NCBI RefSeq assembly: GCF_014280195.1 | Contig: NZ_CP047960.1 | Coordinates: 780,001 to 812,000 of the forward strand | Source: Synechococcus sp. A15-24 | GTDB lineage: Bacteria; Cyanobacteriota; Cyanobacteriia; PCC-6307; Cyanobiaceae | Length of the DNA stretch: 32,000 bases | Direction: 5' to 3' | Part shown: positions 1-9,821 of the stretch, in pieces | Layout of the letters: each line of letters opens with the position of its first letter | Numbering within the stretch: position 1 is the stretch's first letter | Notes under the pieces: model-generated | The model's input: only the letters and a program-made list of their open reading frames with translations | What the model was told of the DNA's origin: nothing | Databases searched by the model: none | Made by a program: the position numbers and the translations under genes

Positions 1-1097
1 GCAAACACCACCAGGCCCACCGTCACGACAGTTCCGCTGCCAGGGAGCCCCGTGTTGAAGGCAGCGATGGAGAGATCAGCGCCGCTGAGTCGCTCACCCG
101 CGCCATCCAGTAATTCATGGGCCTTGGTGGTGATGATCACCAGGGCGGTCATCGTGCAGATGATCAGGGTGTCAATGAAGGTGCCGAGCATGGCCACGGT
201 TCCCTGCCGTACCGGATCGGTGGTTTTTGCGGCGGCGTGAGCCATCGGTGCGCTTCCCAGGCCGGCTTCATTGGAGAAGATTCCGCGCTTGAAACCCATC
301 AGGATCACCTGACCGAGGGCTCCTCCGATGGCAGCCTCTCCGATGAATGCATTGCCGAAGATCGTGGAGAAGGCTTCAGGCACGGCGCCAGCATTCAGCA
401 GCAGTACGAGCAGACAGGCACCTACATACAGAACGGACATCAAGGGAACGATGGCGGAAGCGGCCTGAGCGATGCGCTTGATCCCCCCGATGACCACGGC
501 AAACACCATGGCCCCCAGCGCAATGCCGGTCACCAGCTTGGGCACGCCGATCAGGCTCAGCGCTGAAGACACTTCAAAGGCCTGGACACCATTGCCGATG
601 CCGAAGCCAGCAAACATGCCGAATAGGGCAAACAGCACAGCCATCCAGGCCCAGCGGCTGCCAAGGCCGTTGAGGATGTAGTACATCGGGCCACCGACAT
701 GGTGTCCGTTGGCATCAGTTGTGCGGAAGCGAACCGCCAGCACCGCTTCGGCGTATTTGGTGGCGATACCGAACAGGGCGATCACCCACATCCAGAACAC
801 CGCACCGGGTCCACCAACGGCGATGGCACCCGCCACACCGGCGATGTTGCCCGTGCCAATCGTTGCCGAAAGGGAAGTCATCAGCGCCTGAAACGGTGTG
901 ATCTCCCCAACCGTTTCCTGATCGGCAGGGCGCAGCATCATCGCGATGCCGTAGCCCAGTCGTCGCAACGGCATCAGCCGCAGGCCGAACATCAGAACCA
1001 TGCCAGTCAGGGCGATCAGACTGACGGTGGGCCAACCCCACACCAGACCGTTGATCGGATCATTGATGGCCCGGATCGCTGTTTCGAGACCACCCAT
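1..1097 (-). CDS. Alanine/glycine:cation symporter (AGCS family amino-acid carrier). This is the N-terminal ~365 codons; the C-terminus lies beyond the window start.
   Basis: Absent from the ORF track because there is no in-window stop. My reverse-strand translation from the ATG (complement of 1095-1097) runs uninterrupted to position 1. It reads MGGLETAIRAINDPINGLVWGWPTVSLIALTGMVLMFGLRLMPLRRLGYGIAMMLRP...ITPFQALMTSLSATIGTGNIAGVAGAIAVGGPGAVFWMWVIALFGIATKYAE...GFKRGIFSNEAGLGSAPMAHAAAKT. These are AGCS signature motifs as I remember them. The + strand ORFs here are Arg/Gly/His-rich antisense products. Confidence 0.85.
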   Translation of the reverse strand, partial: MGGLETAIRAINDPINGLVWGWPTVSLIALTGMVLMFGLRLMPLRRLGYGIAMMLRPADQETVGEITPFQALMTSLSATIGTGNIAGVAGAIAVGGPGAVFWMWVIALFGIATKYAEAVLAVRFRTTDANGHHVGGPMYYILNGLGSRWAWMAVLFALFGMFAGFGIGNGVQAFEVSSALSLIGVPKLVTGIALGAMVFAVVIGGIKRIAQAASAIVPLMSVLYVGACLLVLLLNAGAVPEAFSTIFGNAFIGEAAIGGALGQVILMGFKRGIFSNEAGLGSAPMAHAAAKTTDPVRQGTVAMLGTFIDTLIICTMTALVIITTKAHELLDGAGERLSGADLSIAAFNTGLPGSGTVVTVGLVVF

Positions 1098-1123
1098 CCC
1101 TTAACCCTCGGTTGTCGAGATGG

Positions 1124-1147
1124 TGTCACAGCTGATCAGCTGTGACA
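1124..1147. repeat. Perfect 24-bp palindrome TGTCACAGCTGATCAGCTGTGACA in the spacer between two co-oriented minus-strand genes
   Basis: Read directly: the 12-nt half TGTCACAGCTGA is followed by its exact reverse complement. ORFs on both strands that end here both terminate in ...VTADQL, which mirrors the symmetry. Function unknown (operator or RNA hairpin). Confidence 0.9.
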
Positions 1148-1153
1148 ATCCAA

Positions 1154-1819
1154 TCAAAGGGCTTCCAGATCGTCGAAGCGGAAGGTTTGCGAACCAGCCG
1201 GGGTGTCACCGTGAGCCTCAGAGTCGATGACCCGTTCTTGGAGCACCCATGGCCCATCCCCGGGTAGGGCCACGAACGTGTCTTTGAAGCTGCTGCGTCC
1301 ACCCTTCGCCTCACCCGTGGCCGGGTCGGCGTATTGGCTGGTGTACGTGTGGCTGAGATAGCCGGCACCGGTGTTGGTGACCTCGGTCGTGAAGATCGTC
1401 ACGACCGTTCCGTGAATATGACGATGCACCATCGTCACGACGTCACCCTTGATGCGGTAGCGGTCTCCTTCGCCTTTGCCACTGACCAGCACCTCGGTTC
1501 CAACGGCATCGGTCTCACCAGCGGTGAACTGGTTTTCGCCATGGGTCTGCTCGAAGCTGCGGCGGACGCGGTGGATGGCCACTTCCCAGAGTTGGGACTG
1601 AACCGCTTTCAGAACATCTGCATCGTCGATGCCCTCCACCTTGGCTTTGAGGTCTGCGCCTACTTCAAAGCGGCCTTCAACCTGCTGTTCCCCTTGCTGC
1701 CAGATACAGCGGCCGCGGTAGCCGGAAAAGCCAGGATCCCAGGTGTAACGGTTTTCGTAGGCACGCCGGAACTGATCGCGAAGATCGCTGCCGGGTTTGA
1801 CGGGGGCGGAGGCTGTCAC
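1154..1819 (-). CDS. Conserved cyanobacterial/plastid-lineage hypothetical protein (DUF3386-like)
   Basis: 221-aa ORF with good GC3 and a GTG start. The N-terminal motif FRRAYENRYTWDPGFSGY matches my memory of the DUF3386 family; the family name is from memory only. Confidence 0.7.
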   Translation of the reverse strand: MTASAPVKPGSDLRDQFRRAYENRYTWDPGFSGYRGRCIWQQGEQQVEGRFEVGADLKAKVEGIDDADVLKAVQSQLWEVAIHRVRRSFEQTHGENQFTAGETDAVGTEVLVSGKGEGDRYRIKGDVVTMVHRHIHGTVVTIFTTEVTNTGAGYLSHTYTSQYADPATGEAKGGRSSFKDTFVALPGDGPWVLQERVIDSEAHGDTPAGSQTFRFDDLEAL

Positions 1820-1850
1820 GGCGGTGGTTCTGCTGCTGCAACCCTACCGA

Positions 1851-4800
1851 TCACCGCCGGGTGCCATGGACGTCCTGCAGAGCATTGATGCTGAGGGTGG
1901 GCTGACTCTGAAGTGTGGCGATGGCCTCCACCGCAGCGCGGGCACCAGCCAGGGTTGTGACCGTGGGAACGGCATAATCCAGGGCTGCCCGGCGCAAGTA
2001 TTTGTCGTCATGGGCGGCCTGGCGGCCGATGGGGGTGTTGATCACCAGCTGCACCTGATTGGACCGGATCATGTCCTCGATGTTGGGGCGACCCTCATGC
2101 ACCTTCAGCACAGCGTTCACCGTCAGCCCCTCCTTGGTCAGAACATCAGCGGTGCCTGAGGTGGCGATCAGAGCGAAGCCCAATTCGGCAAGTCGTTCAG
2201 CCACAGGAACCAGAGCTGGCTTGTCACGGTTATGGGTCGACAGAAACACCGTGCCGGTGGTGGGGAGTGCTTCGCCGGCGCCCAGTTCAGCCTTGGCGTA
2301 GGCCATCCCGAAACTGTCGGCTGACCCCATCACCTCACCGGTGGAGCGCATTTCCGGGCCCAGCACTGTGTCTGTACCAGGGAAGCGTCTGAACGGCAGC
2401 ACGGCTTCCTTGATCGTTTGCAGGGGTGGTTGGGGTTCTGTCGTCAACCCAACCTGTTGCAGCGTTTCGCCAGCCATCAGACGGGTCGCGATGCGAGCCA
2501 GGGGCTGACCGGTGGCCTTGGCCACGAACGGCACCGTGCGGGACGCCCGCGGATTGGCTTCGATGATGTAAACGACTTCCTCACCCTCGGCGTTCCGTTG
2601 AACGGCGAACTGGAGGTTGATCAGCCCCTGCACCTTCAACGCGAGGGCCAGGTCCCGGCTCCACTCACGGATCGTGCCGAGGGCTCCCTCTCCAAGAGAA
2701 ACGGCGGGAAGGCAGCAGGCGGAATCACCGGAATGGATGCCCGCCGGCTCGATGTGTTCCATCAGGCCGCCGATGACCACGTTGCCCTCGTGGTCGCAGA
2801 GCGCATCGACGTCCACCTCAACCGCATTTTCCAGGTACTGGTCGATCAGCACCGGATGGTCGGGTTCCACCTGAACCGCCTCCAACATGTAGCGATTGAG
2901 CTCCTGTTCGTCGAAGACCACCTCCATGGCGCGACCACCCAGCACATAGGACGGGCGGACCACCACCGGATAGCCCACGCGGGTCGCCACATCTCGGGCT
3001 TCCGCCTCACTGCGGGCCAGGCCATGCCGAGGTTGGCGAATCTCCAGTTGGCTCAGGATCGCTTCGAACTGCTCGCGATCTTCAGCACGGTCGATCGACT
3101 CCGGTGACGTGCCCCAGATCTGGGACCCCGTGGTACGACCTTCCTCGGAGTTGAGCCAGTTCAGCAGGGGGATCGCCAGTTTCAACGGGGTCTGCCCCCC
3201 GAACTGGACCACCACGCCGTCCGGTTGCTCGACCTCTATCACATTGAGGACATCCTCGAGGGTGAGGGGCTCGAAATAGAGGCTGTCGCTGGTGTCGTAG
3301 TCCGTCGAGACGGTCTCCGGGTTGCTGTTCACCATCACCGATGTGATGCCGGCGTCTTGAGCGGCGAAGGAAGCATGGCAGCAGCAGTAGTCGAATTCGA
3401 TCCCCTGGCCAATCCGATTGGGCCCGCCCCCAAGAATCATCACCTTGCGCCCGCTGCTGTTATTGCTCACTTCGCTGGCGGGGGGGAGCGTTGTGAGGCT
3501 TCCATCGCTGTTCAGCTGTTGGATCGAGCGCTCGTAGGTCGAGTAGTGATACGGCGTGGTGGATGCGAATTCAGCCGCACAGGTGTCAACGGTTTTGAAC
3601 ACGGCTCGGATCCCGTGGCCATGGCGATGACGCCGAACACTCAATTCATCGTTATCGGTTTGCCAGGCGATCTGGCGATCCGAAAAGCCGAGTTGCTTGA
3701 GTTCAAGCAACTCCGGAGCGTACAGGTCGCCCAGCTGCCGACCGCGCAGCAGCTGTTGCTCAGCGTCGAGGATGCGTCGCAGCTTGGCCAGGAACCAGGA
3801 ATCAATGCTACTAATCCGGTGAATCTCAGCATCGGACCGACCACGCAGCATGGCGCTGCGGACGCAGAGAATCCGCTCCGGTGATGGGGTGCGCAGAAGG
3901 CGATCGATATCGGCTTCACTTAGCTCCGGTTCCGGTCTGTCCCCACCCCATCCGGCATAACCGGTTTCCAGGGAACGCATCGCTTTCTGAAAGGATTCCT
4001 CGAAGCTGCGGCCGATGGCCATCGCTTCTCCCACCGATTTCATCGATGTGGTGAGCACCGCCGGGCTGCCCCTGAATTTTTCAAAGGCGAACCGTGGAAT
4101 CTTGGTGACCACGTAATCAATGGTGGGCTCAAAACAGGCCGGTGTCTTACCGGTGATGTCGTTGAGGATCTCGTCGAGCGTGTAGCCGATGGCCAACCGA
4201 GCGGCGATTTTGGCGATCGGGAATCCGGTGGCTTTGCTGGCTAAGGCCGAGGACCGGCTCACCCTTGGATTCATTTCGATCACCACCACATCGCCGTTGT
4301 CGGGGTTGATGGCGAACTGGATGTTGCTGCCTCCGGTGGCAACGCCGATTTCGCGGATGATCGCGATCGATTGGTCCCGCAGTCGCTGATACTCCCGATC
4401 CGTCAGCGTCTGTGCCGGAGCCACCGTGATGGAGTCGCCCGTATGAACGCCCATCGGATCTAAGTTTTCGATGCTGCAGACGATCACGACGTTGTCCGCC
4501 TGATCGCGCATCACCTCGAGTTCAAATTCCTTCCAACCCAGCAAGGACTGTTCGATCAGGATCTGGGAGACAGGACTGGCTTCCAGACCGCTTTTGCAGA
4601 TGGCGGCGTACTCCTCAGGGTTGTATGCGATCCCTCCTCCACTTCCCCCCAAGGTGAAGGCTGGTCGGATGATTCTCGGGAAGCTGCCGATGGCGGCTCC
4701 CACTGCTTCAGCTTCTTCCAGGGTGGAGGCGATGCCGGATGGGCAGACCTGCACCCCGATACGTTCCATCGCCTGCTTGAACAGCAGACGGTCCTCCGCT

Positions 4801-5174
4801 TTCTGGATGGCCTGGAGATCGGCACCGATCAGCTCAACCCCGTAACGCTCCAGGGTGCCGTTTTCCGCCAGAGTGACGGCTAGGTTCAAGGCGGTCTGCC
4901 CGCCCATGGTGGGTAGCAGTGCATCCGGACGTTCCTGTTCGATCACCAGGGTGACGACATCAGGCGTCAGAGGTTCGATGTAGGTCCGATCCGCCATCTC
5001 CGGATCGGTCATGATCGAAGCCGGGTTGGAGTTAACGAGGATCACCTCGTACCCCTCAGAGCGCAATGCTTTGCAGGCCTGGGTTCCGGAATAGTCGAAT
5101 TCACAGGCTTGTCCGATCACTATCGGACCGGAGCCCAGCAGAAGGATGCGCCGCAGATCGGTCCTCCGAGGCAT
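1851..5174 (-). CDS. carB: Carbamoyl-phosphate synthase large subunit
   Basis: 1107-aa ORF with an ATG start. It has duplicated ATP-grasp halves ([24 protein letters not shown]... and [24 protein letters not shown]...), the [24 protein letters not shown] and [19 protein letters not shown] motifs, and a C-terminal MGS-like domain. Confidence 0.98.
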   Translation of the reverse strand: MPRRTDLRRILLLGSGPIVIGQACEFDYSGTQACKALRSEGYEVILVNSNPASIMTDPEMADRTYIEPLTPDVVTLVIEQERPDALLPTMGGQTALNLAVTLAENGTLERYGVELIGADLQAIQKAEDRLLFKQAMERIGVQVCPSGIASTLEEAEAVGAAIGSFPRIIRPAFTLGGSGGGIAYNPEEYAAICKSGLEASPVSQILIEQSLLGWKEFELEVMRDQADNVVIVCSIENLDPMGVHTGDSITVAPAQTLTDREYQRLRDQSIAIIREIGVATGGSNIQFAINPDNGDVVVIEMNPRVSRSSALASKATGFPIAKIAARLAIGYTLDEILNDITGKTPACFEPTIDYVVTKIPRFAFEKFRGSPAVLTTSMKSVGEAMAIGRSFEESFQKAMRSLETGYAGWGGDRPEPELSEADIDRLLRTPSPERILCVRSAMLRGRSDAEIHRISSIDSWFLAKLRRILDAEQQLLRGRQLGDLYAPELLELKQLGFSDRQIAWQTDNDELSVRRHRHGHGIRAVFKTVDTCAAEFASTTPYHYSTYERSIQQLNSDGSLTTLPPASEVSNNSSGRKVMILGGGPNRIGQGIEFDYCCCHASFAAQDAGITSVMVNSNPETVSTDYDTSDSLYFEPLTLEDVLNVIEVEQPDGVVVQFGGQTPLKLAIPLLNWLNSEEGRTTGSQIWGTSPESIDRAEDREQFEAILSQLEIRQPRHGLARSEAEARDVATRVGYPVVVRPSYVLGGRAMEVVFDEQELNRYMLEAVQVEPDHPVLIDQYLENAVEVDVDALCDHEGNVVIGGLMEHIEPAGIHSGDSACCLPAVSLGEGALGTIREWSRDLALALKVQGLINLQFAVQRNAEGEEVVYIIEANPRASRTVPFVAKATGQPLARIATRLMAGETLQQVGLTTEPQPPLQTIKEAVLPFRRFPGTDTVLGPEMRSTGEVMGSADSFGMAYAKAELGAGEALPTTGTVFLSTHNRDKPALVPVAERLAELGFALIATSGTADVLTKEGLTVNAVLKVHEGRPNIEDMIRSNQVQLVINTPIGRQAAHDDKYLRRAALDYAVPTVTTLAGARAAVEAIATLQSQPTLSINALQDVHGTRR

Positions 5175-5269
5175 GGGCAGTCGCTTCAGGCCAAACCTTG
5201 ACAGCCTCTCACGCGGGTGATGTGGGCCCTGGCCTCGCTACGGTTGCTCTATTAGGAAGTTCGGTTGCA

Positions 5270-5905
5270 ATGAGTGAGCTCCAGCGCCTGAAGGGGTTGC
5301 TGCCACCGGAAATGCAGAGCTGGGTGTTTGTGGAGACTGCTGCAGCAGTCGATCCACCTCTGATCACGCTCGAGGAGATCGGCCGTGATGAGGTCGAAAT
5401 CCAGGTTGACCTTGATGCCTGGGATTCCATGGCGCTGGACCACCGCAACCTGCTGTTCTGGCATGAAGTCGGTCGCATTCAGAACGACACGATTCCGCGC
5501 GATGGTTGGGAAATGGCAGCCTTGGCGATCGGTCTGGGCGGTGCCATCGGTGAACTCTGGGTTCAGGATGGACTGCTACTGATGATGGCCCTTGGGTTGT
5601 CTGGTTTTGCCGGTTATCGGCTCTACCTGAAGAACAATTCCGAAAAACGCCTGCAGGACGCCATCAGCGCGGATGAACGCGCCATTGATCTGGCCTGCCG
5701 TTTTGGCTACAGCGTGCCCAATGCTTACCGAAGTCTCGGTGGAGCTCTGAAGGAGCTGGTGGAGCAGACCCGCAAGAAGAAGCGGAGGAGCTACTACGAA
5801 GATCGTCTTGAGGCGCTGCGCAAGAGCGCCAGCAAAGCCCGGGCAGAGATGGCCCAGCAGGAAGGCTCCCGTAGTTCCGTCACCAGTGAGAACGTTTATG
5901 GATAG
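5270..5905 (+). CDS. Conserved cyanobacterial membrane protein (DUF3318-like)
   Basis: Track ORF 5066-5905 trimmed to the in-frame ATG at 5270 (MSELQRLKGLLPPE...), because the upstream part overlaps carB. It has two central hydrophobic segments and a basic coiled C-terminus. The family name is from memory. Confidence 0.65.
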   Translation: MSELQRLKGLLPPEMQSWVFVETAAAVDPPLITLEEIGRDEVEIQVDLDAWDSMALDHRNLLFWHEVGRIQNDTIPRDGWEMAALAIGLGGAIGELWVQDGLLLMMALGLSGFAGYRLYLKNNSEKRLQDAISADERAIDLACRFGYSVPNAYRSLGGALKELVEQTRKKKRRSYYEDRLEALRKSASKARAEMAQQEGSRSSVTSENVYG

Positions 5906-6260
5906 TCAACAGCTGGCGGATCTGGCTGCCGAGGCTTGTGATGACCGCAAGGCATCTGATATCCGTTTGATTCGGGTGGACGAGGTGTCGAGCCTGGCGG
6001 ATTGGATGGTGATCGCCGGCGGCCAATCGGACGTGCAGGTGCGAGCCATTGCACGATCCGTCGAGGATCGATTGGAAACCGAGGCGGAGCGCCTGCCTTT
6101 GCGCAAGGAAGGTGTGCAGGAAGGCCGCTGGGCGTTGCTGGATTACGGCGAGCTGATCGTCCATGTGCTGATGCCCGATGAGCGGGGCTACTACGACCTT
6201 GAAGCCTTCTGGAGCCACGGGGAGACCCGCGCCTTCCTACCGTCACCAAAAGTGAGCTAA
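5898..6260 (+). CDS. rsfS: Ribosome silencing factor RsfS (iojap family)
   Basis: Track ORF 5808-6260 trimmed to the ATG at 5898 (MDSQQLADLAAEACDDRKASDIRLIRVDEVSSLADWMVIAGGQSDVQVRAIA...LLDYGELIVHVLMPDERGYYDLEAFW). This is the classic RsfS pattern. It overlaps the previous gene's stop by 8 nt. Confidence 0.9.
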   Translation: MDSQQLADLAAEACDDRKASDIRLIRVDEVSSLADWMVIAGGQSDVQVRAIARSVEDRLETEAERLPLRKEGVQEGRWALLDYGELIVHVLMPDERGYYDLEAFWSHGETRAFLPSPKVS

Positions 6261-6265
6261 TAGGC

Positions 6266-6760
6266 ATGGACGAGCTCGTCTCCTGCCCCGTACCTCCGGA
6301 GCAGAGACCGCTGGAGGAATTTCAGCAGCTCTCCAAATCCTGGTTTTTCTCCTGGCCAACGGGAGAGGTGTCGTCTTTGAAGCGCAGTCTGCTGATCAGC
6401 TGGATGTTGATGTTGCCGCTCTGCACCCTCGTGGCCAGTGGCAGTTTGACCCTGAAAGCGGACCCTCCCCGACTCGTCGTGGCAGGAGCCGTCGCCGCTT
6501 TGGTCCTCCCCTTGCTGCTGCTGGTTCGCCAGTGGTTGGGCTGGACCTACGTGATGAAGAGGCTCCTGTCTGAAAGCGTTGATTACGAGGAATCCGGTTG
6601 GTACGACGGCCAGACCTGGGAAAAGCCCCTGTCGTGGCGGACGCGTGATCTTCTGGTGGCGCGTCACGAGGTCCGTCCAATTCTGAGCCGGCTGGGTCGG
6701 GCCTTGGCCATGGCTGCTGGACTGATGCTGGGTGGCGCGAGCCTCTGTCAGGCTCTCTGA
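6266..6760 (+). CDS. CGLD27/DUF1230 family membrane protein (conserved in the green lineage and cyanobacteria)
   Basis: 164 aa. The N-terminal CPVPPEQRPLEEFQQLSKSWFFSWP motif and two TM segments are as I recall for DUF1230. It starts 5 nt after the rsfS stop. Confidence 0.7.
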   Translation: MDELVSCPVPPEQRPLEEFQQLSKSWFFSWPTGEVSSLKRSLLISWMLMLPLCTLVASGSLTLKADPPRLVVAGAVAALVLPLLLLVRQWLGWTYVMKRLLSESVDYEESGWYDGQTWEKPLSWRTRDLLVARHEVRPILSRLGRALAMAAGLMLGGASLCQAL

Positions 6761-6779
6761 ATTACCCCCTGCCACGGGA

Positions 6780-7757
6780 ATGACCCTTTCCTCGGGATTC
6801 AGCGGCACCTCCCGCTCCGGTACGGCGCCATTGGAGGTCACCTTGAAGCGAGGCTGCATCGCCGAATCCGTTCATCGGGTGCATGCGGTGGTTTGTGATG
6901 GCCGTGGCCGTGTGCTGATGTCGGCCGGCGAGGCCGGCTTGCAGACCTTCATTCGATCGGCTCTGAAACCCTTTCAGGCGCTGCCATTCCTCAGCAGTGG
7001 TGCTGCGGCAGCGATGGATGCGGGTGAACGTGGTCTGGCCATCAGCTGTGCGTCCCATTCGGGGAGTCACGGCCATGCCCGGGAAGCCTTCAAGTTGCTC
7101 TGGAAGGCCGAATTGGAGGCGAGCCATCTGCAGTGCCCCGTGCCCTCGGGGGCGGAGAGTCCGCTTCAGCACAACTGCTCTGGAAAGCATGCGGCGTTTC
7201 TGGCCACCAGTCGGAAGATGGCCTGGCCCTTGGACAGCTATCTGCAGAGCGATCACCCCCTTCAGGTGGAGATCAACAGACGTGTGGCCGAGCTGCTGGG
7301 TTTGCCTGCCGAGGAGCTGGTGGCAGCGAGGGATGACTGTGGCGCCCCAACGCTGCGGCTGCAGTTGGCCCAGATGGCCTTGCTCTATGCCCATCTGGGT
7401 GCGTCACGCCATGCGGAACTGGAGCAGATCAGCCGGGCAATGCTGGCCCATCCGGATCTGATTGCAGGGGACGGTCGATTCGATACGGAGCTGATGCGCC
7501 GTAGCCACGGCCAGGTGCTGTCCAAAGGTGGAGCTGAGGGGGTCCAGTGTCTGAGCCGCGTCGGGGAGGGGCTTGGGGTTGCCATCAAGGTGGAAGACGG
7601 CTCCCGTCGTGCCAAACAGGCCGTCGCCCTTCATCTTCTACGGCAGCTGGAGTGGTTGACACCGCTTGGGCTCGAAGAGCTCGAGGATCAGGTCCTGATC
7701 GTCAACCCAGGCGTCAGCCTGGAGGTGCAGGGGGCCTTGAAGTTTCAGCAAAGCTGA
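6780..7757 (+). CDS. Asparaginase II family protein (PF06089-like)
   Basis: Track ORF 6732-7757 trimmed to the ATG at 6780, which avoids overlap with the preceding gene. Motifs seen: ESVHRVHAVVCD..G, RSALKPFQALP, SCASHSGS..H, HNCSGKHAAFL, DDCGAP, SKGGAEGVQC. Confidence 0.8.
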   Translation: MTLSSGFSGTSRSGTAPLEVTLKRGCIAESVHRVHAVVCDGRGRVLMSAGEAGLQTFIRSALKPFQALPFLSSGAAAAMDAGERGLAISCASHSGSHGHAREAFKLLWKAELEASHLQCPVPSGAESPLQHNCSGKHAAFLATSRKMAWPLDSYLQSDHPLQVEINRRVAELLGLPAEELVAARDDCGAPTLRLQLAQMALLYAHLGASRHAELEQISRAMLAHPDLIAGDGRFDTELMRRSHGQVLSKGGAEGVQCLSRVGEGLGVAIKVEDGSRRAKQAVALHLLRQLEWLTPLGLEELEDQVLIVNPGVSLEVQGALKFQQS

Positions 7758-7805
7758 AGTCTTTCTGTGTCGGGCGACACCGACCTGTATGATTTTCTAG
7801 TGCTC

Positions 7806-7882
<77 letters not shown>

Positions 7883-7897
7883 ATTCTGATTGAATTT

Positions 7898-7925
7898 GAG
7901 ATCCCCCCATTGGGGATCTTTTTTT
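7898..7925 (+). terminator. Rho-independent terminator downstream of tRNA-fMet
   Basis: AGATCCCC (7898-7905), loop CCATT, GGGGATCT (7911-7918), running into a T8 tract (7918-7925). It is the only canonical hairpin-plus-U-tract terminator I found in the window. Confidence 0.85.
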
Positions 7926-9574
7926 TGTCCTTGCGCGTGTCTACAGCAAGCCAGAACGTGCCAATCAATGAATCCTGGGATGCCATCGTCGTTGGCTCTG
8001 GGGCCTGCGGTGGCGTGGCAGCCCTGACCTTGGCTGACGGTGGTGCTCGGGTCCTGTTGATCGATGCGGGGCCGGATCTGACGCCGAAGGCAGCACTGGG
8101 GTCGGAACCCGCCAATGCGATGCGACGGCTGGCGGGGCTCAGCAGCGGCAGCCATCGACTCCAGGCCCAGCATCCCGGCTATTGGAAAGCCAATCCCAGG
8201 CTTTATGCCGATGAACGGCTGCACCCCTACAGCCATCCGCCTGACCGGCCGTTCCTCTGGACCCGAGGCCTTCAGGTGGGCGGGCGCAGCCTCACTTGGG
8301 GTGGCATCACCCTGCGACTCTCGGATGAGGATTTCATTGGTGTCGAGGCTCCGGATGGGGTGACCACGTGGCCGATTCGTGCCGCCGATCTTGAGGGGGA
8401 CTACGCCGCGCTGGAGAGGATGCTGGGGGTCCATGGCGGACGTGACGGTCTGCCGCAATTACCCGATGGGGAGACCCAGGAGCCGTTGCCGTTCACGGCA
8501 GCTGAACAGCGTTTCGCTGACGCGATGCGCGATCAACTGGCGCTGCCGGTGATTCACTCACGCGGCTTTGGCCCGCATCAACCGGAACAACATGGCCCCT
8601 GGCCGCGCTCCAGCAGTCGCGGCAGCACGCTGCCTAAGGCGATGGCGACAGGACGTGTGCAGCTGCTCTCCGGGCATCTGCTGGAGCATCTATTGCTTGA
8701 CAAGGGCAGCGACCGGGCGACGGGTGCGGTTGTCGTTGATCAGGCCAACGGCAACCGTCGACGTGTCGTTGCCGATCTGGTGGTGCTATGCGCCTCCACC
8801 ATCCAGACCCTGGCCATCCTGCTGCGCTCTCAGGAGCAGGGCCTGAAGGACCCTTCCGAACGACTTGGCACGCGGCTGATGGATCACGTCTCCACAAGCC
8901 AGTTCTTCTGCATGCCAGAGCCGTCGGACTCGCCTCAGCCCCCCCTCACCGGCGCCGGCAGCTTCTTTCTTCCGTTCGGTCGCCGGCTTGAGGGAGCCAA
9001 GTTTCGTGGCGGTTATGGCTTGTGGGGAGGGATCGGTCGCTTTGATCCACCGGCGGTGCTGCGGCGCCGCTCCAGCACCGTCACGGGCTTTTTGATCGGT
9101 CACGGGGAGGTGATCCCGCAGGCCAGCAATCGGGTCAGCCTCAGCGGTGCGGTGGATCGCTGGGGTGTGGCCGTGCCCCACATCGACTGCCAGTGGAGCG
9201 CCAACGAAACCGCGATGGTGGCGCACATGCGACGTCAGATGGGGGTCTGCATCAAAGCGGCTGGTGGTGAGGCTCTCCCCCTGAAAGACCTGTTCCGATT
9301 GCCCTTGATCGAACCGCTGTTGCAGGGGGCTGTTGCCTTATCCGATGGCGCCTCTCCGCCGGGGTACTACATCCATGAAGTGGGTGGTGCTGCGATGAGC
9401 GCAGATCCCTCTCAGGGCGTGGCCGATTCGTTCAACCGGCTCTGGGCAGCACCAAACGTGCTTGTGGTGGATGGAGCTTGCTGGCCGACGTCTGCCTGGC
9501 AGAGCCCGACCCTCACGATGATGGCGATCACGCGACGCGCCTGCCTGCAGGCACTTAGGGGTCGCGGCGGCTGA
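7910..9574 (+). CDS. GMC-family FAD-dependent oxidoreductase
   Basis: 554-aa ORF with an N-terminal Rossmann motif DAIVVGSGACGGVAALTLADGGARVLLIDAG and a C-terminal GMC motif VVDGACWPTSAWQSPTLTMMAITRRA. The start is uncertain. The ATG at 7910 lies inside the tRNA terminator hairpin, so in-frame GTG at 7937 or 7958 are plausible true starts. Confidence 0.85.
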   Translation: MGIFFLSLRVSTASQNVPINESWDAIVVGSGACGGVAALTLADGGARVLLIDAGPDLTPKAALGSEPANAMRRLAGLSSGSHRLQAQHPGYWKANPRLYADERLHPYSHPPDRPFLWTRGLQVGGRSLTWGGITLRLSDEDFIGVEAPDGVTTWPIRAADLEGDYAALERMLGVHGGRDGLPQLPDGETQEPLPFTAAEQRFADAMRDQLALPVIHSRGFGPHQPEQHGPWPRSSSRGSTLPKAMATGRVQLLSGHLLEHLLLDKGSDRATGAVVVDQANGNRRRVVADLVVLCASTIQTLAILLRSQEQGLKDPSERLGTRLMDHVSTSQFFCMPEPSDSPQPPLTGAGSFFLPFGRRLEGAKFRGGYGLWGGIGRFDPPAVLRRRSSTVTGFLIGHGEVIPQASNRVSLSGAVDRWGVAVPHIDCQWSANETAMVAHMRRQMGVCIKAAGGEALPLKDLFRLPLIEPLLQGAVALSDGASPPGYYIHEVGGAAMSADPSQGVADSFNRLWAAPNVLVVDGACWPTSAWQSPTLTMMAITRRACLQALRGRGG

Positions 9575-9821
9575 ACAGATCGTTGAGGTAGCGCTCGGTG
9601 ACCGCACGATCTTCACAGCCGTTCTGAAACAGAAAGTGGGCCAGCGCTGAACTCATCACCCGATATTGATCCCAATGGGGGTGTTCCCCGATGAAGTCCT
9701 TCATGCCGCGGTACAGCACTTCTGGGATCTCCGCCTCCATACTCACGTAGGACGCTGCAGCCTCAGCAGATTTCTCTGCAACGCCCATTTCGTGGCATCG
9801 CTCCAAATAATTCCGATCCAT
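9555..9821 (-). CDS. Small conserved cyanobacterial protein (DUF2811-like)
   Basis: 88 aa with an ATG start. EIPEVLYRGMKDFIGEHPHWDQYRVMSSALAHFLFQNG resembles my memory of DUF2811. Its 3' end overlaps the convergent GMC gene by 20 nt. Confidence 0.6.
   Translation of the reverse strand: MDRNYLERCHEMGVAEKSAEAAASYVSMEAEIPEVLYRGMKDFIGEHPHWDQYRVMSSALAHFLFQNGCEDRAVTERYLNDLFSRRDP

Noticed and set aside
117-1145. + strand ORFs 117-566 and 699-1145, and others, at the window start
   Set aside because: They lie opposite an uninterrupted minus-strand frame that encodes a clear AGCS symporter. The + products are G/H/R/D-rich junk.
5066-5269. N-terminal extensions of track ORFs: 5066->5270, 5808->5898, 6732->6780, 14807->14459, 17406->17472, 20695->20584, 20622->20682, 28228->28273
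   Set aside because: In each case the extension overlaps a neighbouring gene or a divergent spacer and is R/S/P/G-rich. An internal ATG gives a family-typical N-terminus and, in the co-oriented cases, sensible gene spacing or coupling.
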